DNA of 63,373 bases, filler included, from Chiloscyllium plagiosum (lineage: Eukaryota): NCBI RefSeq assembly GCF_004010195.1. It is 4 parts of one record of this genome, joined end to end, with 100 filler letters (N's around TTAATTAATTAA, not from the genome) between each part and the next. Parts side by side here need not be neighbours in the genome. Positions count along the whole stretch, not along the records: positions 59,040 to 63,373 come from NC_057715.1; 3 more parts are not named here. One strand, 5' to 3'. Shown piece after piece: positions 63,085 to 63,373 of this stretch; position 1 is the stretch's first letter, and each line of letters begins with the position of its first letter. A program made the translations under genes and the position numbers. The notes beneath the pieces were generated by a model. The model searched no databases. It was not told where the DNA came from and worked only from the letters and a program-made list of their open reading frames with translations.

Positions 63085-63373
63085 CTGTGGTTCTGTTCGC
63101 CCAGCTGGAAGTTTTTGTTGCAAACATTTCGTCCCCTGTCTAGGTGACATCTTCAGTGCTTGGGAGCTTCCTGTGAAGCGCTTCTGTGGTGTTCCCTCCG
63201 GCATTTATAGTGGCCTGTCCCTGCCGCTTCCGGTTGTCAGTTTCAGCTGTCCGCTGTAGTGGCCGGTATATTGGGTCCAGGTCGATGTGTTTGTTGATGG
63301 AGTTTGTGGATGAGTGCCATGCTTCTAGGAATTCCCTGGCTGTTCTTTCTTTGGCTTGCCCTATAATGGTAGT
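63085..63373 (-). mobile_element. Poseidon-type PLE 3' end (family B), runs off window
   Basis: AREFLEAWHSSTNSINKHIDLDPIYRPLQR followed by the terminus. Confidence 0.88.
63120..63159 (-). ncRNA. Minimal hammerhead motif (family B)
   Basis: GCA-CTGAAGA-T-GTCACCT-AGAC-AGGGGAC-GAAA-TGTT-TGC on minus; core intact, stem III C>T. Confidence 0.65.

Overview
This is eukaryotic, repeat-dense, AT-rich genomic DNA, almost certainly from an elasmobranch (shark or ray). The HE1-type V-SINEs and HER1/CR1 LINE tails point to that group; a carpet or bamboo shark is plausible but cannot be shown here. I could not identify an intact host protein-coding gene, and nearly all listed ORFs are decayed transposon pieces or their antisense. 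The window contains many CR1 LINE fragments, Rex1/Babar and L2 remnants, seven HE1-like SINEs and a Deu-domain SINE. It also holds three families of Penelope-like element (PLE) ends, Ty3/Gypsy remnants (one with both LTRs recognisable), a heavily deleted endogenous retrovirus and a PIF/Harbinger relic. There are four assembly gaps. The strongest non-obvious signal is that all three PLE-end families carry a minimal type-I hammerhead ribozyme fold: stem I-CUGANGA-N-stem II-GAAA-palindromic stem III-UH. Several 90-240 nt insertions with 12-16 bp target duplications begin at or within that ribozyme, and there are palindromic and tandem ribozyme arrangements. Also notable are a tRNA-Thr(CGT) pseudogene fused to a SINE and an RFX X-box/CCAAT cluster in unique sequence. 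All family calls are by eye and from recalled consensus motifs, and boundaries are approximate.
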